64,000 bases of DNA, taken from assembly GCA_951406725.2 (NCBI GenBank), contig OX597824.1, positions 28,396,001 through 28,460,000 on the forward strand. Direction: 5' to 3'. Positions 57,068 to 64,000 of the stretch are shown here, piece by piece. Position numbers and translations under genes: made by a program. The notes under the pieces were generated by a model. The model was not told the DNA's origin, ran no database searches, and saw nothing but the letters and a program-made list of their open reading frames with translations. Positions within the stretch are counted from its first letter, which is position 1, and each line of letters opens with the position of its first letter. The DNA comes from Octopus vulgaris (lineage: Eukaryota).

Positions 57068-57122
57068 TGGTTAGCAAGCTACTTACCACACAGCCACTCC
57101 TGTATATATACTCCTGTATATA

Positions 57123-57425
<303 letters not shown>

Positions 57426-57466
57426 ATATATATATATATATACATACATATATATATATATATATA

Positions 57467-57690
57467 TCAAATATAAATTAGAGATAAAACCACTATTATG
57501 CAACTCAAACAGTGAAAGACATAAACCAATGCGTAAACTAATTGAGTTGCATAATAGTGGTTTTATCTCTAATTTATATTTTATATGTTTATACTGTGAA
57601 ATTTGTTTTAATACTAAATTGAATTTTTCCCTGTAATTCTGGAGTTATACTCCCTAATGTTATTATCATATATACGTACAGATGGAATTA

Positions 57691-57700
<10 letters not shown>
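57467..57700. repeat. Hairpin-containing segment, copy 1 of a local direct duplication
   Basis: Near-identical to 59751-59991; internal IR 57470-57508/57542-57580. Confidence 0.9.
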
Positions 57701-57777
<77 letters not shown>

Positions 57778-57818
57778 TATATTATATCTAAAGATACATA
57801 GATGTGTGTGAAAGAGAA

Positions 57819-57876
<58 letters not shown>

Positions 57877-58546
57877 CGTTTCTTGTAGGTTCTGATATAC
57901 TGTGTGACGTACGTAGAATATGGCTTTCTTGGAATTTTTCTTTCATGAAATAAAACTAATTTTACTTAAAGAAGCCAATGTCCTAACTGACAAATTCCTC
58001 AAGTCACACCACAAGTAGATGAATTCTATTTGTATTTTTGTTTTGCTTTTTTCTTTTTCTTCTTTTTTCTGTGTGTGTTTTTTTTTTTTGCTTTGGAAAT
58101 TGTGAAGTACCTTTTAACAATTTTAATTCTAGCTCTTGTTGTAACTGGGAAAGATCACTGCTTATAATAACCATACAGTCCGGTTCTATTTCATTTCTTT
58201 TAGCATAGTTTTACTTCGCAGACTCCCGGTCCTCTTCGCTCTGGTTGATTCTGTGAGAGCAGACAGCGGCCTTCAGTCAGAGATCTCAAAGGGTTTCTTT
58301 CCGCACGTGATATTATTACGATTATTATTTTTATTTGCTTTGCTTTTTATGTGAACGTTTGTTACAATCACTTGCCGATACAAACCCAACGTCCTAGTGT
58401 AAAGATGTTACAGTATGACTGGAAGCTTGGGGAGGGGAAGCTTTGGCAGGGGTAGTAGCGAAATACCTTCATGTAATATAACACAGCCACTTAAATTGAT
58501 AGACATTTAAATTATTACTATTACTATTATTATCATTATTATTATA

Positions 58547-58639
<93 letters not shown>

Positions 58640-59720
58640 TTGAAATCAGAACGTAGCGATGGGCAAAACACCGCTAATCCTTTCTTTTACAGGCAAAAGG
58701 CCTGAAATTTGGCTGAGGGAGATAGTCAATTACCGCGACCCCAGTACTCAGCTGGTACTTAATTTATTGACTCCGAAAGGATAAAATGTAAAGTCGACCT
58801 CGGCAGAATTTGAAATCAGAACGTAGCGATGGGCAAAACACTGCTAAGCATTTCGTCCAGCGTGCTAACAATTCTGCTAGCTCGCAGCCTACTACTGCTA
58901 ATAATAATTCCTTTTACAGAAGGCCTGCAATTTTGGAGGAGGGGTAAGTCGATTATACCGACCCTAGTATGCAACTGGTACTTATTTCATCGACCCCGAA
59001 AGGATATAAGCAAAGTCGACTTTGGCGAAATTGGAATTCAAAACGTCTTTAAGATGGACGAAATGCCGCTAAGCATTTTGCCCGGCGTGTTCATGATTCT
59101 GCCAGCTCGCCGCCTTTATAATGATAATAATAGTCAATTAGTTATTTAATTAAGTGTTTGAATAATCCTTTGGTTTATCCAATGACTATCAACCAGTTTT
59201 TGCCTGTGAGCTCCTTCGCTTTCTATTCTATTCACCTGGATCCCTGTAACCATTCGATGGATTAAGAAATTCTACTACATTTCTATAATTAAATATTATT
59301 AGGGATTGTATTAAAAAATTGCGAAACTATTTTCTGTGTTATAGAAGTATAATTTATTGCCTATAAATTTTCAGAAGAAAAGATTATCTGGACCCCTAAA
59401 GTTCATATGAACTCCGGTTGAGAACCAGTGAAATCAGATTTGTAAAAGTCCTTTCGTTGCCATTCCAGACTTTATTTATGAGATACCCTTTCAAATCATA
59501 GCCGCCTGTTATTGATGAGATTACGAATGGAGACGGAAGGACTTCAAGAGACCAAGCTGATTGAATAACGGAAGGGTTAACTGGTTAAATATTGTACAAA
59601 TTGACAAATGCAAAAATACAATAGTGAAAGAGAACCAGTCCGTGGTTTATTATTGGCACCATGACCCTCCCGATATATAGCAAAATATGTTTCAATATTT
59701 CTCAATTGTCTCTTTAATAA

Positions 59721-59750
<30 letters not shown>

Positions 59751-59751
<1 letters not shown>

Positions 59752-59991
59752 CAAATATAAATTAAAGATAAAACCACTATTATGCAACTCAAACAGTGAA
59801 AGACATAAACCAATGCGTAAACTAATTGAGTTGCATAATAGTGGTTTTATCTTTAATTTATATTTTATATGTTTATACTGTGAAATTTGATTTAATACTA
59901 AATTGAATTTTTCCCTGTAATTCTGGAGTTATACTCCCTAATATTATTATCAAATATATATATATACGTACAGATGGAATTATGTACATAT
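59751..59991. repeat. Hairpin-containing segment, copy 2
   Basis: Near-identical to 57467-57700. Confidence 0.9.
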
Positions 59992-61123
59992 ACCAGATGA
60001 CGTCATTTAAAGTAGTGGTACTCATCTGTTTTCTTTTTTTTGTGTGTGTGCCAAGCTCCGCTTTCATGCAAAATAATATTCTCATCGTCCGGATGATCAT
60101 GCGCATCACAAAACGTAATAAATGGCAAAGGCAGAGTGGTAATTTTTCAAAATAAAATAGAAACATATTTTAGATATCTATTCTTTTTTGTACGGCCCGG
60201 TATTCCGGCACAGCCCGGTTTTACGTAACCCTCATTCATTTAGAGGATTAGATTCTTGGGAGAAAATTCCCCGATTAGGCAAATTAAAATTAGAATTTCG
60301 GAGAATTACCTATGAATAGTTTCATCAGGATGAATACGAGTATGTAGTGAAATGCGAACGAATAACAAAGCGAGAGGAAGGAAATATAACAACAAATGAC
60401 AATTATTTGAATTAGGAACAAAACTAGAAGCTTTATCTGTTCCCATTTACAACAATGAAGCATTTTCCTGTTCTAAAGTCTCTAATGAACAAATGAAACA
60501 TCAATCGAACACGTTTGTTAGCATTTTAAATAATCTGCATTTTCTGCTACCTTAGAAGGACGAAAATCTTACCATTGTCTTCGTTTCTAACGTGAAAGCC
60601 ATTGAAATTAGAAAATTGAAACAATGTAATATTGAAGTTTATGCCTTGTGACAAACATTATAATTTGAATAACTATTAACTTCATCGCTGCAGTTCATAT
60701 TTACATATTCATATGTAAATTTATAATCTTATTAGCGGCAACTCATTTAGAGCATTTAACCATTTAATTCAATGCAGTGTGTATTTAAATGAAACGCTTT
60801 GTGTTTGGGATTCAAATTTTGCTGAATTCAAATATTCAAGCTTATTCCATTGGTGAATGGCATTAATGAAATCAATAGCGGCAAGGATGAGGCGATGATT
60901 TGACATAATCGTCATGTCGTACTTGCCTTTCTAACAACCCACCATTTCACCAGTGAATCATATTCCTCCAAAGCACCCCCAAAATAGGAGGCTTCACCAA
61001 AGGTGAAACTAACACAACGAAACTTCCACTCTTATCACAACATACCACAAGATTTGTCTACAGAACGTACACTAATCTTGTCTACTCTAGGTACAAGGCC
61101 TGAAATTTTGGCCATATATATAT

Positions 61124-61178
<55 letters not shown>

Positions 61179-61262
61179 ATTAATTATTGAGAGTAATTCA
61201 ATTTGATATATTTAATTTGAATCTCTTACTCCTGTGGCACTGGAATTGATTTTCTCTAATTA

Positions 61263-61358
<96 letters not shown>

Positions 61359-62234
61359 CATGTGTGTATATATATACGACGAGCTTCTTTCATTTTCCGT
61401 CTACCAAATCCACTCACGCACACTCACACACACACTTACACACACACAGACATGTATGTATGTATGTATGTATGTATGTATGTATATGCATGATTTTGTG
61501 TACGTCTTGTCGTCCAAATTCCTTTTTGCAGTGCCTGTAAAGGTGTTCTTGTTTGTATACAGCCCCATAACGTAGCATTTCGCTAAACGAAACCGATAGA
61601 GTACATACCAGACTAAAATTAGTAAATACTACAGTCGATATTTTCGATTCAATCCGTCAAGGCGATGCCTCAGAAATGGCCGCAATCCTATTTTGTAAAC
61701 AAGTAAAATCTAATCATAAAATATACATGACTTTATAAGGCTTCATTACGGTATGAATTAGTTTTAACAATGTTCTATGATCGTTTAATTTTTCGTGCAA
61801 TTTGAAAATGTATTATTAAGACAAAATTCTGAGGCTCTACCTCCCATGATCTTAACCAGTAATAAGTTCACCCATACTTCTATGTATCCAACTGCTTTTG
61901 AGAATCTTTTAGGAATGTTTTCTGTTATTTTTATTTTCCTGTCTACGTAGTCTTTCCATTTCAATAAGTTGATTATATAAAGTTCACCTGAAACCATAAT
62001 ATTTAGGTTTTGTTATAGTTCTTGAGCAGGCCACACACGCAGTAGAGAAAGCATTGAATCGTCTTTGAATGAAGAACATACAAGTACCTCATTGCAAAAT
62101 AACTTGTTTATTGTACGAGATAGGCTTATACAGGTTTGGTTCTTTCCGCTAAAACGAATTCCACAGTATTGGAATACCTTTCTGATTGGAGTTTACTTTG
62201 TATTTACACGTGTGTGTATGTGCAAGAGAGTATG

Positions 62235-62288
<54 letters not shown>

Positions 62289-62496
62289 GTAAATTTTGTT
62301 GTAAAAAGTAAATATTGCACATTAGTACACGTATTGAGTTCGTTATCAGACGTTTTGTAATTTTCATTAATTATATCTCTACTATACATATATGAAAAGG
62401 TATATACAATCATTCGTATATATGTGCAGGCATATATATATGTGTGTGTGTGTGTAAGTGCGTGCGTGTAAATGTGTGCGTGTGTGTGCGTGTGTT

Positions 62497-62529
<33 letters not shown>

Positions 62530-62760
62530 AGTGTGTGTGTGTGTGTGTGTGTGTAAGGCGAACTGGCGACAGCAATGAACAGGAAACACATCTGTCGCTT
62601 CTGGCCGGGACGAGTTAATTTGAAATCAGGCACAATGGAGAGATCGAATGTAATAAATCACCAATTCCGTAGAAGTTAATTTAAAACATAGTCAGGCACA
62701 TACATACGACATCACACACAAATTTATTTACACACGTATGTACTTGCATATATACATACA

Positions 62761-62836
<76 letters not shown>

Positions 62837-62845
<9 letters not shown>

Positions 62846-63085
62846 ATATGTATATATGTGCCTATGTACATATATGTTTACACACACACATGTTTGTATG
62901 TAGATGCATACACACAAATAGACAGACTAAGACAGGAAGGGTGAAAGGTGTGTAAAAGCAAAGATGACGGCGTGGTGTAGTGGTATGTGGTATGTGGTAT
63001 GGTATTGTGTGGTAGTTAATTCAGCACAACTTATTCATTTCCACGTGCAAATAGATTACAGAGAATTATTTCCGGAATGTATTGA

Positions 63086-63126
<41 letters not shown>

Positions 63127-63250
63127 ATATGTATATATGTGCCTATGTACATATATGTTTACACACACACATGTTTGTATGTAGATGCATACACACAAAT
63201 AGACAGACTAAGACAGGAAGGGTGAAAGGTGTGTAAAAGCAAAGATGACG
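62837..63250. repeat. Local direct duplication (133 bp, offset 281 bp)
   Basis: 62837-62969 matches 63118-63250; each is preceded by (TA)n. Confidence 0.9.
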
Positions 63251-63585
63251 TGGTGAATGGTATGTGGTATGGTATTGTGTTGAATAATACTTTCCTCTGT
63301 GGATGGAATGAAATGATAATGGAAGAACTTTTGAATTTCTTAGTGAAATAGTGACTTTAGCGAATAAATAGGGTGTTATTTATGCGATAGTAAAGGCTGG
63401 CTTATATTGTGAAAATTTTAAGGGTAGATATAAGATGTTCCGAATCAAATTGTGTGTGTAACTACGATACGAATATACAATAAACCCTCGGTGTCTTCGA
63501 TGTATGTGAAGAATTTTGTGCATAATGGTTTATAATTAATGTTTAGCCAACAGCTAATTGCTGTATGATCAAATGTATATAAGAC

Positions 63586-63907
63586 TGGCACTCCTTCGGT
63601 TACGACCACGAAGGTTCCAGTTGATGCGATCAAGAGAACAGCCTGCTAGTGAAATTAACGGGTAAGTGGCTGAGTACTCCACAGACAAGTGTACCCTTAA
63701 CGTAGTTATCAGGGAGATTTGAGTGTGGTATACAATGTGACAAGGCTGGCCCTTTGAAATACATGTACTGCTCAATTTGTCCAGTTGAATGGACTGGAGC
63801 AATGTGAAGTAAAGTGTCGGGTCAAGAAGACAACACCTCGCCGGGAATGGAACTCACAACCTTACGATCGTAAGCTGAATACCCAACCACGAAGCTACGC
63901 GCCTTCA
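63586..63907 (-). mobile_element. tRNA-derived SINE (head 2 + tail 1)
   Basis: Head like 19620-19761; tail like 18955-19135. Confidence 0.8.
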
Positions 63908-64000
63908 CTTCATCAGATGTAGACTAGTAGGTTCTGTGAGTTCTTTTTAGTCGGCTCTCTTTAGTACAATAGTGACTTAAGTGAATAAATACGGGGTTAA

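Noticed and set aside
61785-61997. 70-aa minus-strand ORF with an acceptor-like TTTTCAG
   Set aside because: No recognisable domain or supporting neighbouring exons; expected by chance.

Overview
Eukaryotic, AT-rich, microsatellite-saturated non-coding DNA (intron or intergenic). The repeat landscape resembles a coleoid cephalopod (Octopus-like) genome; this is inferred from recall, not a search. No host protein-coding gene, rRNA, functional tRNA or CRISPR array can be supported, and nearly all listed ORFs are microsatellite translations. The window is mostly mobile elements: a Tx1/L1-type LINE 3' fragment inside a (GATA)n tract; an R4/Dong-type RLE retrotransposon plus a companion repeat inside a (TAA)n tract; a Penelope-like RT/GIY-YIG remnant; many short foldback elements in (TA)n tracts carrying minimal hammerhead-ribozyme motifs; three tRNA-derived SINE groups; and mariner, hAT and Helitron remnants. 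The most notable item is an apparently complete 2.24-kb ORF1-only (half-LINE, HAL1-like) retroelement with a perfect 17-bp TSD, inserted in a SINE head and sharing a 3'-end motif with the GATA-associated Tx1 element. Also notable: a tRNA-headed, hammerhead-tailed foldback element, a permuted CUGAUGA motif with a covarying stem, and a 2x3 head/tail shuffling matrix among SINEs. Coordinates were read by eye, and boundaries of degenerate elements are approximate.
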